From: Thermoproteota archaeon
GTDB lineage: Archaea > Korarchaeota > Korarchaeia > Korarchaeales > JAOZGB01
Length of the DNA: 64,000 nucleotides
Assembly (NCBI GenBank): GCA_037917685.1
Contig: JAVCBU010000006.1
Location: 160,001-224,000, forward strand
Direction of reading: 5' to 3'
The position numbers were made by a program, and so were the translations under genes. How positions within the stretch are numbered: the stretch's first letter is position 1; each line of letters begins with the position of its first letter. The notes below the pieces were generated by a model. It ran no database searches. It saw nothing but the letters and a program-made list of their open reading frames with translations, and had not been told where the DNA came from. Shown here piece after piece: positions 28,996 to 39,006 of this stretch.

Positions 28996-30108
28996 TTATT
29001 TAGTGTGAATTTCTATAATATCTTCATCATTAAGTGTAAATAATGGTCCAACACGCTGTGGACTAGGTCTAATTTTCTTAGACCATATTCTGGCGTAGCA
29101 GAACCTTTCGGCAAACCTTTTATGTATGATCCTAGCAGCTTCGATGACTGTAGCCCCTTCTTTAAGTAGTAACGGCCTCGGGCTTGGTTCTTTGGTACCT
29201 ATCTTTTTTGTGTATACACGGATCAACCCCATGGACTTAATTATAGCTTCTCCTATCTGATCTATGGTTTTAGGCTTCTCGACCATTGTTATTCTTGAGT
29301 AATATTTATTTAAACCCTTAGCGTCGGGTAAAAGCGCTAAGGCGGGTTTTATCATGGGTTTATATTTTACTAAGTTCACAATATCTGCTATAGGAACCCT
29401 TCCCCTTATGTTAACTAGAAGATCTCTTATGCCACTATTTCTAAGACTGTTAAGGATGTCACCTATGATATTCTGCTCAGGTTTTGGTTCTAAGATGAGT
29501 TTCAGTCCTGATCTTGGGGGGAGTTTTTCGATCTCTAACTGTAGGTGGGTTGCAAGGTAAATGTTGCCTTGAGTAAATAGTAAATCGTCTATCTTCTCTA
29601 TATTTTCTTTAATGTTTCCGTCGCTTAGAACTATTAGCGCTATGTCGCTGTTTCTTATTTGTGCTAGCCCTCTTCTGATGATATTTTCGTCTTGCCACTT
29701 ATCTAATACTGGTATGTTGACAACCTGCATGTAAACGCCTCTGTACTTAAAGATCCCTGTATACGGCTTCCCTGATGGGGTGATTTCAGTATAGCCCGGC
29801 TTTACTCCGGTTAACAGTTTCATAAGCTCTGCTTTCACGTTGTATTCTGTTGAGAGCAATGATACTTGGATATCACCAGTTTTCTCTACTATATATGAGA
29901 AGCCTGTTTTCGTTTTTCCTTTCTTCCGAAGTTCTTTTTCCAACGTGGCGATCTGTTTTCTAACTTGTTTGATGAGTTTCTCGGTCCCTTTGTGCTTCGG
30001 AATGAGAGAGAGAAATTCTCTGAGTTTGGTGAGTTTTTCCTCAGGAGTTCTTGCTTTTTCAACTTCCTCCTTCTTTTTTAACGCTTCAACAGTTAAGTTT
30101 GTTGGCAT
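28996..30108 (-). CDS. DRG/OBG-family protein with TGS domain; G motifs degenerate
   Basis: MPTNL, PKHKGTEKL, C-terminal TGS; no GxxxxGKS. Confidence 0.8.
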   Translation of the reverse strand: MPTNLTVEALKKKEEVEKARTPEEKLTKLREFLSLIPKHKGTEKLIKQVRKQIATLEKELRKKGKTKTGFSYIVEKTGDIQVSLLSTEYNVKAELMKLLTGVKPGYTEITPSGKPYTGIFKYRGVYMQVVNIPVLDKWQDENIIRRGLAQIRNSDIALIVLSDGNIKENIEKIDDLLFTQGNIYLATHLQLEIEKLPPRSGLKLILEPKPEQNIIGDILNSLRNSGIRDLLVNIRGRVPIADIVNLVKYKPMIKPALALLPDAKGLNKYYSRITMVEKPKTIDQIGEAIIKSMGLIRVYTKKIGTKEPSPRPLLLKEGATVIEAARIIHKRFAERFCYARIWSKKIRPSPQRVGPLFTLNDEDIIEIHTK

Positions 30109-30134
30109 CTAATTCTTAAATCTCGTAGGTCAAT

Positions 30135-31820
30135 TTAAATTTCCTTCACGTGTTTGAAAATCTTGTCAACGGAGAATTCCATTGCTGAAACCGGCATTTT
30201 CAAGCCCCAGTTCTCAAGGACTTTAGGATGAATTTCCCCGAAATATCCTATTTCGTCTCGTCCAATAAACACTTTAGCTGCTCTGCCAGCTATGAAGCAC
30301 CCCTTATTTAACTCTTCAAACCTGTAGTCTTTTAATCCGATATTTTTTAGGAAACTTTCAACCAAACCCTTTATTTCATGGAATCCGGTTTCTGCATGGC
30401 ATATTGCTGCAGCTATCTTTCTTTCTGTTCTAGCTCCTGTATCTGTTTTTTCGTCGAGTTTAACGACATCATCCACTTCAAAGATTCGCTGTGGATACTC
30501 GTTGTGCTGGTTTCTTGATAGTACTTCCATAAGAGAAGGTAAGAGCCATGTTCTCAATACGGTATACTCTTCTGTTTTCGGATTGGATGTTTTCACAAGG
30601 GGTTCGGCTGGAATCTCCATTTTACTAAAAAGCTTGTCTTCATTAGACAAGTAGAAGGTTATCACCTCTTGCATATTAAATCCAACCATTAGATCTCTAA
30701 GTACATGAGAAAACTTCTCAAGGGGATCTTCTTCGCCGATGGTGGATATAGAAGGCAGCTCAGGTTCGAAGTTGCCGTAGCCATATGCTATTGCAATATC
30801 TTCAACAAGGTCTATTTGATGCATTATATCTGTCCTGTAGCAAGGGATTAAGACTTCGATTTCATTATGCTTTCTCATACCTTTAACTTCATACCCCATC
30901 TTTCTAAGGTACATCTTGACATTTTCTACTGTAAGGCTAACGCCTAGAAGTTTTTCTGCATATTTTATGTTTAGAACCATCGACCTCGGGTTCATATCAG
31001 GGGTGACAAGCTCTTTGTTCGGGTAGAGGATCCTGACAGCCCCTATCTTCCCTCCCCTTTCCGCTATATTACTAACAACTATGTTTAGGACTTCAAGCAC
31101 CGTTTTAAGGTGCGTCCCTGTAACGTCGATCAATAGGTTCGTTGTGTCTAAAGTTACCCTTGTCTCTTCAGAGTTAATAATTGGAGGCATCGATAAAACT
31201 GTTCCATTATTGTCGATTAGGATCGGGTAGCTGTCTAGGCCTTCAAGGATATGAGCATATTCTATGCCTTTTGGATGCTTAAGGAGTATGTCTTTCAAAG
31301 TGATTTTCCTGTCCCATTCTAGTGGTTTAAACTTGAAATCAGACGGTTTAGTAGTGTAGGTTATAGGAAAGCTTAAGGCGTCCAAATCGTATATTCCTAT
31401 AGAAGCTTTCCTCCTTTTCCTACAATGTGTGATGTGTAATTTTTCTTGAAGTTGCATCATTGAGACCAGAGCGTCCTCATCGACTGGAAAGTCTAAGATA
31501 ACAGACATACCGATGTATGGTCTTATAGAGGATACTCTTTCTTCTACCCTTGTAATTCTACCTCCTGGCGGTTCAACGTCGAATTCCCGTAATCCAGGCT
31601 TTACACCTATGAAAGATGAGAAGGCTCGTGCTAAACCCTCAACGGATAGCATGTCTGGTCTGTTAGGGAAGACCTCCACCGAGAATTCGCCTTCAGTATA
31701 CCCTTCCCAGGCTACTCCTAGCATGGGAAGGGACTCTGCGATTTCGGTGATTGTCAGATCAGCTCCAACGAACCTTACAAATTCCTTAAGATTCACGCTT
31801 ATAACGGGCAAGACAGACAC
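30135..31820 (-). CDS. pheT: Phenylalanine-tRNA ligase beta subunit
   Basis: PNRPDMLS, MPPIINS, YRTDIMH..DLVED, GEIHP. Confidence 0.96.
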   Translation of the reverse strand: MSVLPVISVNLKEFVRFVGADLTITEIAESLPMLGVAWEGYTEGEFSVEVFPNRPDMLSVEGLARAFSSFIGVKPGLREFDVEPPGGRITRVEERVSSIRPYIGMSVILDFPVDEDALVSMMQLQEKLHITHCRKRRKASIGIYDLDALSFPITYTTKPSDFKFKPLEWDRKITLKDILLKHPKGIEYAHILEGLDSYPILIDNNGTVLSMPPIINSEETRVTLDTTNLLIDVTGTHLKTVLEVLNIVVSNIAERGGKIGAVRILYPNKELVTPDMNPRSMVLNIKYAEKLLGVSLTVENVKMYLRKMGYEVKGMRKHNEIEVLIPCYRTDIMHQIDLVEDIAIAYGYGNFEPELPSISTIGEEDPLEKFSHVLRDLMVGFNMQEVITFYLSNEDKLFSKMEIPAEPLVKTSNPKTEEYTVLRTWLLPSLMEVLSRNQHNEYPQRIFEVDDVVKLDEKTDTGARTERKIAAAICHAETGFHEIKGLVESFLKNIGLKDYRFEELNKGCFIAGRAAKVFIGRDEIGYFGEIHPKVLENWGLKMPVSAMEFSVDKIFKHVKEI

Positions 31821-31823
31821 CCA

Positions 31824-33341
31824 TCATCCGATCCACAGTCTAGCTGATCTTAGAACTTCTAAATCATTCATATAGAGGATTCTTATATCCTCAATATTGT
31901 ACCTATTCATGACGGTCCTCTCAAGTCCTGGACCCCATGCAAGAACTGGGATATCCTTGCCCAGTAGTGGTTTAACTACCTCAGGTCTAAAGATACCGGC
32001 CCCACCTAATTCAACCCATACCTCTTTACTTTCGTCAAAGACCTCTATCTCAACAGACATCTCAGTGTAGGGGAAGTAAGCTGGTCTAAATCGGCATTTT
32101 CTGATACCTAACTTGTTGTAAAACTCTTTTAGATACCCTAATAAATGTTTAAAGCTAACATCTCCAACTACTATACCATCCGTCTGGTAGAACTCGGCAA
32201 GATTTTTCCAGGTTAGAGTCTCATTCCTAAAAACTCTTCCCACTGAGAAGTATTTAGCGGGAAGATTTCCATTCTTGATGTCGTCACGCAGCTTCGCGAG
32301 AGTTCTTGCTGAAAGCGATGTTGTATGTGTTCTAAGCACACATTTTCTAGCCTCCTTCTCATCCCACCTGTAACCCCATCCGGTTGATCCAGTAGTCCAT
32401 CCATCTTCATGAGTTTTCCTAACGGCATCTACAATTTCTTGGCTTGGAAGCCTTCCATAACGGGGGGTCTCTGCGTAGAATGTATCAGCTAGATCTCTAG
32501 CCGGGTGATCTTGAGGCTGATATAGAGCATCGAAGACCCAAAAAGCAATGTCAAGAATAGGGCCTTTCATCTCTTTAAATCCCATCTCAAGCCAGATTCT
32601 CCTTATATAGTCAATGACTTGTCTCATGAAATGCTTCTTACCAGGATAAATGGTGGGTGCCTTAACATGGATATCATATGGAGTTAAAACAACATCACGC
32701 CATTTCCCGGACGCTATAAGTTCGGGAGTAAGTTTTGAAACCTCTAAAGAGATGCTAACCTTTGTAGCAACCTCTCTACCCTTTTCAGTGAGGCTTAAAA
32801 TTTTCTTTTTTTCCTCTCGCAATCGTAAAATCTTTCTTTTAACAAGTTCGTCTATTGCCTGTTTGTTCTGCTTCGTTACAAGCACCGGGCCAGCTGCGGC
32901 GCTTTTAATAATCTTTTCCTCAGGGAGTTCAACGCTAATTTCATTTAAACCCTTTTCGGTTAACCGGACAACGTTACCCTCTATCTTAACCCAGCCTCTT
33001 TTTCTAGCCCACCCCATGGCTATATCTAATCTTCCTATATTTTCCTTTAAGTCAGAGATACTCAATGGCCCCTCTTTTAGAATCCGTTGAAGTCTCCTCT
33101 CAGGTAGGCCGTCCCTGAGTGCATCACCGCCTTCCTTGGTGAGTTCAGCCACTATGCGGCTCTCCGTGTAAGTAGTAAGTAAGCCTTTTTCTGCTGCCCA
33201 TAGAGAGGCAACTTCAATTGCATCCTTTTTAACTCCAATATTTTGTGCTATTTCGCTAGTTGTAGAGGTGCCCAACTGTAAGAGCGCTTTAAGTATAAGC
33301 CTTTCTAATCTGTGCAGCCTAATCTCAGTATTATATCCCAA
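31824..33341 (-). CDS. pheS: Phenylalanine-tRNA ligase alpha subunit
   Basis: QDHPARD, LRTHTT, FRNE, YFPYTE, GLER. Confidence 0.96.
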   Translation of the reverse strand: MGYNTEIRLHRLERLILKALLQLGTSTTSEIAQNIGVKKDAIEVASLWAAEKGLLTTYTESRIVAELTKEGGDALRDGLPERRLQRILKEGPLSISDLKENIGRLDIAMGWARKRGWVKIEGNVVRLTEKGLNEISVELPEEKIIKSAAAGPVLVTKQNKQAIDELVKRKILRLREEKKKILSLTEKGREVATKVSISLEVSKLTPELIASGKWRDVVLTPYDIHVKAPTIYPGKKHFMRQVIDYIRRIWLEMGFKEMKGPILDIAFWVFDALYQPQDHPARDLADTFYAETPRYGRLPSQEIVDAVRKTHEDGWTTGSTGWGYRWDEKEARKCVLRTHTTSLSARTLAKLRDDIKNGNLPAKYFSVGRVFRNETLTWKNLAEFYQTDGIVVGDVSFKHLLGYLKEFYNKLGIRKCRFRPAYFPYTEMSVEIEVFDESKEVWVELGGAGIFRPEVVKPLLGKDIPVLAWGPGLERTVMNRYNIEDIRILYMNDLEVLRSARLWIG

Positions 33342-33461
33342 CTTTAAGTTATCACCACTCTCTCAACTGCTGGAACAGATATACTCCTTTCATATAATTT
33401 TAATTCGTTGCTAGGTGTTAAAGAGTTATTAGTATCTTTACCATAATAATGTAGAGGTTAC

Positions 33462-34505
33462 ATGCTTCAAGATGTTGTATCACGATATTTACCAAAGATA
33501 AACAGGGAGATAGAAAAATATCTAGATGATATAATTGGAAGACAGAGAGATGAGCTGGTAAAAAAGTACTACTCGGTGATGAAGGACTACATCTTGTCTG
33601 GAGGGAAAAGATGGAGACCCATTAGTTTTATAATGGCTTATAGGGGGGTTGGTGGACAGGAGGAGGAAGAAGCAATTAAAACAAGCATATCAATAGAGTT
33701 CCTTCATAACTCGTCCCTTGCCCAGGATGACATTATGGACAAAAGTCTTATGAGAAGAGGTAGGCCAGCGCTGCACGTGAGATACGCTAATGAGATTGGT
33801 GGAGGGAATAGAATCCTAGGTGAAGCTTTAGGAATTCTTGGTGGGGACAGCCTTTTGGAGCTTGGGCTTGAAGTTATAGTGTCGTCTAATTTTCAAATTG
33901 AAGCCAAGATCGATGCTGTTTCGATGTATCTTTACTATTATAGACGACTAATAGAGGGGCAGACACTTGATATGTCTTATCCTACGATCTCTCTTATGAA
34001 TGAAGAGCAAATCGTAAATATGATGAGACTTAAGACTTCTTCACTTTTCGTTTGCTCTCTACTAATGGGCGCAAGGCTAGGAGGTTGTACATCTAGTGTC
34101 CTCGACATTCTCAAAAAATATGGAGAGAATGTTGGTATAGCATTTCAAATAAGAGACGACATATTAGGTGTGTTTGGTAATCCCAAGGTAACAGGGAAAT
34201 CAGTTACAGATGATCTTAAGGAGGGAAAGAAAACCCTGCTTCTTTATAAGACTCTTCAGCTTGCTGATCCATCTGAAAAGAGATTTATTAAGAGTAGAAT
34301 CGGTTTAGGTGATATTTCTATCAATGATGTAAAGAGGATACGTGATATAATGATAAAATCCGGAGCATTAGACTACGTGGAGGCTGAAGCAGAGAGATAC
34401 GTGCAGAAAGGTATTAAGGTCTTAGACTCTGTTTCAGGGTTAACCGCAGAATTTGTAGACTTCCTTAAAGAGCTAGCATTGAAATCGGTTAAGAGAAAGC
34501 TTTAA
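33462..34505 (+). CDS. Polyprenyl (geranylgeranyl) diphosphate synthase
   Basis: GGKRWRP, DDIMD, FQIRDD. Confidence 0.92.
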   Translation: MLQDVVSRYLPKINREIEKYLDDIIGRQRDELVKKYYSVMKDYILSGGKRWRPISFIMAYRGVGGQEEEEAIKTSISIEFLHNSSLAQDDIMDKSLMRRGRPALHVRYANEIGGGNRILGEALGILGGDSLLELGLEVIVSSNFQIEAKIDAVSMYLYYYRRLIEGQTLDMSYPTISLMNEEQIVNMMRLKTSSLFVCSLLMGARLGGCTSSVLDILKKYGENVGIAFQIRDDILGVFGNPKVTGKSVTDDLKEGKKTLLLYKTLQLADPSEKRFIKSRIGLGDISINDVKRIRDIMIKSGALDYVEAEAERYVQKGIKVLDSVSGLTAEFVDFLKELALKSVKRKL

Positions 34506-34530
34506 TAATAGCGAGATACCTTAAAATATT

Positions 34531-34639
34531 GGCGTCAGCCTAGTTTATCCTCCTCTGTTATGACCGGAGGGTAGAGAGGATAGCGTGGGCTGATCTATGA
34601 CCCTCTCGGATTAGTCGGGGGAGGTACAGGGCTGACGCC
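34531..34639 (+). ncRNA. Unassigned structured RNA upstream of dnaG
   Basis: Perfect 10-bp terminal stem GGCGTCAGCC/GGCTGACGCC enclosing two hairpins; GC-rich against AT-rich flanks; strand inferred. Confidence 0.6.
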
Positions 34640-34659
34640 CAAACATTGGAGGTTGATCG

Positions 34660-35811
34660 ATGATGAATTCTAAGAGGGATGAAACTACGAAGCCAACTGT
34701 GTTGAAGTATGAGTGTGTTTTTGATCTATTCGTTTCCGGGGTTGTTGAGAGGAGCGATGTTATAGGAGCCATATTTGGCCAGTTAGAAGGCCTGCTCGGC
34801 CCAGAATTAGAGCTTAGAGAACTCCAGAAGACCGGCAAGATCGGCAGAATCGAAGTTGACATTAAAAGAGCTAAGAATGGGGTTCAAGGTATCATTAGAT
34901 TTGAAAGTGGATTAAACAAGGCTGAGACAGCATTACTAGCTGCGGCATTTGAAACTGTTATTAAGATAGGACCATACGACGCTGAAGTAAAGTTGAAAGA
35001 CATGCGTGATTTGAGAGAGGAGAGGAGAAAATGGATTGTCCAGAGGGCTATGGATATCTTAAAGCAGTGGCAGGTCAAATCTGAAGTTAGCTTTCAAGAG
35101 ATGGTAAATAGACTTAATGAAATGCTTGCATCATCCGAAGTAACTTATTATGGTCCTGAAAGACTTGTGTGTGGGCCTGATCTCTTAAAGTCAGATGAGA
35201 TTATTATTGTCGAAGGACGAGCAGACGTACTTAACCTACTTAGGTACGGATGGAGAAACGCTATTGCAACAGGAGGGGCTAAGGTTCCTAAAAGTATAAT
35301 TGAGCTTTCGGAAAAGAAAGTAACCATCGCATTCGTAGATGGAGACAGGGGTGGAGAACTTCTACTCAATGCTCTTCTTGATAATGCTGATATCGATTAT
35401 GTAGCTCGGGCCCCTGAAAACAAAGGTGTGGAAGAGTTAACCGCCAAAGAGATTCTATCTAGTCTTAGAAACGCTGTTTCTGCTGACGAGTATAAAAGAA
35501 AGAGTACGGAACAACAGGTAAAAGCCCCATCTCAACAGGACAAGGTAAAACAAGTGTATAATAAAGTTAAGGGGACAGATAAGGTGTTAATTTTAAATAA
35601 GGATATGAAAGTTCTCCTAGAGACAACAATAAAAGATCTTCTTAGCAGTCTACAACAAGTCCAAGATGGATTTTACCTAATATATGACGGAAATATAACC
35701 CAAAGAGTTTTGGATCTAGCAAGTAACAAGGGTATTAAAACAATAGTTGCAAGAGAGATCCATGAAGTTGTCAGATATCCACCAGATGTTAGAATTGTAA
35801 CCATGGAGTGA
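34660..35811 (+). CDS. dnaG: Archaeal DnaG (exosome-associated)
   Basis: DVIGAIFGQ.EGLLG, VEGRADV, DGDRGG. Confidence 0.95.
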   Translation: MMNSKRDETTKPTVLKYECVFDLFVSGVVERSDVIGAIFGQLEGLLGPELELRELQKTGKIGRIEVDIKRAKNGVQGIIRFESGLNKAETALLAAAFETVIKIGPYDAEVKLKDMRDLREERRKWIVQRAMDILKQWQVKSEVSFQEMVNRLNEMLASSEVTYYGPERLVCGPDLLKSDEIIIVEGRADVLNLLRYGWRNAIATGGAKVPKSIIELSEKKVTIAFVDGDRGGELLLNALLDNADIDYVARAPENKGVEELTAKEILSSLRNAVSADEYKRKSTEQQVKAPSQQDKVKQVYNKVKGTDKVLILNKDMKVLLETTIKDLLSSLQQVQDGFYLIYDGNITQRVLDLASNKGIKTIVAREIHEVVRYPPDVRIVTME

Positions 35812-35814
35812 GAA

Positions 35815-36870
35815 TTGAAGATAATCGACACTGATGAAAAAACATTTGTAGAACTAATGGTCGATAATGATTTAGATCTCCTATTTGTTCCGCTTATAAT
35901 AAGTAAGGGAGATGTTATTAAAGCAAGAACAACTAGGCGAGTTAGAGGTAAGTCTCTTAAAGCTGAAAGCAGGAGAGTTTCTTTAAACATTAAGGTTGAA
36001 GTACACGAGACGGCATATAATCCAATTACAAGTGTAGCCAGGGTTAAAGGAAAGATAATCGAAGCTCCGGAGCGATATGGAATCCAGGGTAAATTTCACA
36101 CTATTAATCTCAAGGTTGGGGGCAGGTTTAAACTCTATAAGAGGATTAATGAGCTTGATCTAAAAATCCTGGAAATGCTGAAAGGTAGAGAGGAACATCC
36201 ATTGCTGGTTATTCTAATAGATTATGATGAAGCAAACATTTTTGAGCTAACCGGCTCGAGGATAAGGCTCCTGATGTCCCTGGAATCGAATCTTCCCGGT
36301 AAGAATCTTCCAGACCATAGGGCGGCTGCTTTGAGGCGATTTATAGATGATACATGTAGGATTATTCTAAAATACGCAGAGGGGAAATATTCCCACGTTA
36401 TAATAGGTGGTCCAGGGTTTATGAAAGACCATTTAGTTAAGGTGCTTTTATCTAAGAAAGTATTCCCCTCTGAAAAGATATCTGTGTTTCCAGCTTCAAG
36501 TGTAAATGTTTCAGGAGTTTATGAGATTATTAAGCGGGGTTTCCTCTTAAACGTTGAGAAACGGTTAAGTATTGTAGAGCAACAACGGCTTTTAGAGGAA
36601 TTCCTCATTGGGATCTCTAGAGAAAGCCCGCTCTTTACCTATGGCCTTGATGAGATTTTTAAAGCTAAAGATTATGGGGCTTTAGAATGGGTTATAATTA
36701 CAACCAAAAAGCTGAGTGAACTTGATTCGTCAAAATTAGAAGACTTTAAGGATATATGGCTTAGACTCAAAGGGAAACTATATATTGCTAACGTTGATAA
36801 TGAGATAGGAAAGATTATAACGTCTTTTGGGGGTGTTATAGCTAAACTCAGGTTTTCGCTATCTGACTAA
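35815..36870 (+). CDS. pelA: mRNA surveillance protein Pelota
   Basis: GDVIKARTTR, GKFHTI, GPGF, FGGVIAKLRF. Confidence 0.9.
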   Translation: MKIIDTDEKTFVELMVDNDLDLLFVPLIISKGDVIKARTTRRVRGKSLKAESRRVSLNIKVEVHETAYNPITSVARVKGKIIEAPERYGIQGKFHTINLKVGGRFKLYKRINELDLKILEMLKGREEHPLLVILIDYDEANIFELTGSRIRLLMSLESNLPGKNLPDHRAAALRRFIDDTCRIILKYAEGKYSHVIIGGPGFMKDHLVKVLLSKKVFPSEKISVFPASSVNVSGVYEIIKRGFLLNVEKRLSIVEQQRLLEEFLIGISRESPLFTYGLDEIFKAKDYGALEWVIITTKKLSELDSSKLEDFKDIWLRLKGKLYIANVDNEIGKIITSFGGVIAKLRFSLSD

Positions 36871-37161
36871 TTGTAAAAAGATCCAGAGAACAAACCCGGA
36901 CATTATAAGCCTTCTACCAAGATATGCAAATAGATGCGTCCCGTACAGTACAAACCCGACGACAATTGACGTTACAGCTAAGACCTCACCTACTTCGATG
37001 GCTTTTTCCATCAGAATATCAAGGAAATTCCTTATCGCATCACTGAACTCCATTATCATATTCTCAATGTTATTTAAACCCCTAGGATCACAGAGTACGA
37101 TTGAAGTACCCTGAATTGTTAAAAAAATCATCAATGCGAATGCAATACTGATTCTTCTCAT
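36859..37161 (-). CDS. Small membrane protein (signal peptide + 2 TM; VirB2/CedA1-like layout)
   Basis: Hydrophobicity pattern only. Confidence 0.55.
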   Translation of the reverse strand: MRRISIAFALMIFLTIQGTSIVLCDPRGLNNIENMIMEFSDAIRNFLDILMEKAIEVGEVLAVTSIVVGFVLYGTHLFAYLGRRLIMSGFVLWIFLQLVR

Positions 37162-37215
37162 TTCAAACTACTTATGGCTGAATTCCAGAGTATTTAATTG
37201 ACTCGCATATTATAC

Positions 37216-37911
37216 TTAAGCCACTCTCTTCCTAAAATAGGGATTTTTCATTAGTTTTTTAACAGCAGATTCTATACTCTCATTTTTCGAAATCTCGTAC
37301 TTTATGAAAACCCCCGTCCTACCATGGAGACTTCTCTTAAGCAATACCCTTTCTCTTTCCCTTACAGTTTCAATGGAAACACCAGTAATTCTAGCTACAT
37401 AGCTCTCAATTCCAAAAACAGGCTTTTCAATATGTCCCCTCCTATTAGGTACTATAAGTAGGAGTTCTTTATTCATACCCGGAACTCTAAGCCCCTTTTT
37501 CAAACCAGGCAGGTCTAACATACCAGCTAACTTGTAAAATTCCTCTTCTCTCGGGCTTGTGCTACCCAGCGGAATGGTAACTGTGAGCAGTGGCTCGATA
37601 TAAAGATGTACCTTAGGAACACTCGTTGGCGTCGCTTGCACAATTAATCTTTCATACAGCCCACCAAAAGACTTTTCTAAGGTAAACTCGACCATAGAAG
37701 GCAAGCTGGAAAGAACTAAAATATCTATATCACTGGTTTCACTAACGTCTCCCCTTGAGATACTGCCGTAGATAAAACATTTAAAACCTGCACCATCAAG
37801 GGTTTCCATAACTTTAAGGGCTTTTCTCCTAAAATCCCCCAAGAGCTTCCAGCGAAATGTATCATAAATGACTTCTCTTTCCATACCAGTCTTTGAGGGT
37901 TTACTAGCCAT
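37216..37911 (-). CDS. Minimal nucleotidyltransferase (pol-beta fold, COG2413-like)
   Basis: YGSISRGDV...SDIDI, QATP, GRTGVF. Confidence 0.88.
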   Translation of the reverse strand: MASKPSKTGMEREVIYDTFRWKLLGDFRRKALKVMETLDGAGFKCFIYGSISRGDVSETSDIDILVLSSLPSMVEFTLEKSFGGLYERLIVQATPTSVPKVHLYIEPLLTVTIPLGSTSPREEEFYKLAGMLDLPGLKKGLRVPGMNKELLLIVPNRRGHIEKPVFGIESYVARITGVSIETVRERERVLLKRSLHGRTGVFIKYEISKNESIESAVKKLMKNPYFRKRVA

Positions 37912-37953
37912 AACCCTAATCCTAATATGTAACCCAACAGCTGAATAAAAGTA

Positions 37954-38643
37954 ATGAATGAAAAGTGTTCGAAGTGCGGAGCCCCCTCAGTATACGTAAA
38001 TAAACATTCTGGAATAAAACTATGCCTGACTCATCTTAGGCAATATGTGGAATATAAAGTGCGTAGAACAATAGGTAAATATAGGCAGCTAACAGAGACG
38101 GATCATTCGGTTATGTACATATGTAGCGGGCATGATATAGAAAAGCTGTTAACTCTAAACAAGATAGAGAAAGAATTTCCAGCTACAAAACTAGAAGCGA
38201 TTATAAATAGTCCCATAAACAGTTTAGATACGATATGTAGTGAACATAACATAAAACTTTCAAAGGTAAACATAGAGGTAAAGTCAATCATACATGGGGT
38301 AAAAAGCCTCTATAAAATTTCAAGAAGTTTCCACGCTACCAAACTATTGTTGCCTCTAACAGTAACAGACATATCTGATTTGATCTTATGGCATATCTTT
38401 CATCAAATAAATCCAGGGAAACTCCTAAATCTCGTTAACTCCCAGGGGATAGTTTCACCATTTATGGAAACAGATAAAAACATGTGGAAGACGTTATCAC
38501 GTAAGATTAAGAACAATGTGTGTTGCATTTTAAATCCACCTAAATGGTTTGTAGAGGCTACAAATACGTTTAGAAGCGCTTATTTGGGGGCTGACTTCAA
38601 CATTTTAAGAAGTGTTGAAAAACTTGCAGATGGTAAAAGTTAA
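37954..38643 (+). CDS. Degenerate TtuA/Ncs6-like protein
   Basis: N-terminal CxxC...SG..LC..H...KVRRTI as in TtuA; PP-loop SGGKDS lost. Confidence 0.6.
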   Translation: MNEKCSKCGAPSVYVNKHSGIKLCLTHLRQYVEYKVRRTIGKYRQLTETDHSVMYICSGHDIEKLLTLNKIEKEFPATKLEAIINSPINSLDTICSEHNIKLSKVNIEVKSIIHGVKSLYKISRSFHATKLLLPLTVTDISDLILWHIFHQINPGKLLNLVNSQGIVSPFMETDKNMWKTLSRKIKNNVCCILNPPKWFVEATNTFRSAYLGADFNILRSVEKLADGKS

Positions 38644-38676
38644 GAAAGTAGAGGAACCTATTCCAGACTGAAAGGA

Positions 38677-39006
38677 ATGGTTAAAGATAACCTAAATGTT
38701 CTTTGCACACCTACTTGTCCAAACTTCATATGTCTAAAAAGAGCGTTGAGGCCAGGAAGATCCGATGGCAAACCTTACTGCATATGGTTTAAAGACGTTT
38801 GCATGGGGGCAAATTGTAAATATGCAGCATGTAGGGTTCACGCTCTCCTTGCAGATAAAAGATGTAATCTTAAGATAGAACCGAAGAGACGACCCGTTAA
38901 GAGGAAAGAAGACAGGATAGATAAGGAAGTATCAAGATTAGAGGATAAAGCTAGAAAGCTCCTGAAAAGATATAAAGCAGGTTTGGAAGACGAGTTTATC
39001 GGCTAA
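38677..39006 (+). CDS. Cys-rich conserved hypothetical protein
   Basis: Eight Cys in the N-terminal half, charged tail. Confidence 0.7.
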   Translation: MVKDNLNVLCTPTCPNFICLKRALRPGRSDGKPYCIWFKDVCMGANCKYAACRVHALLADKRCNLKIEPKRRPVKRKEDRIDKEVSRLEDKARKLLKRYKAGLEDEFIG

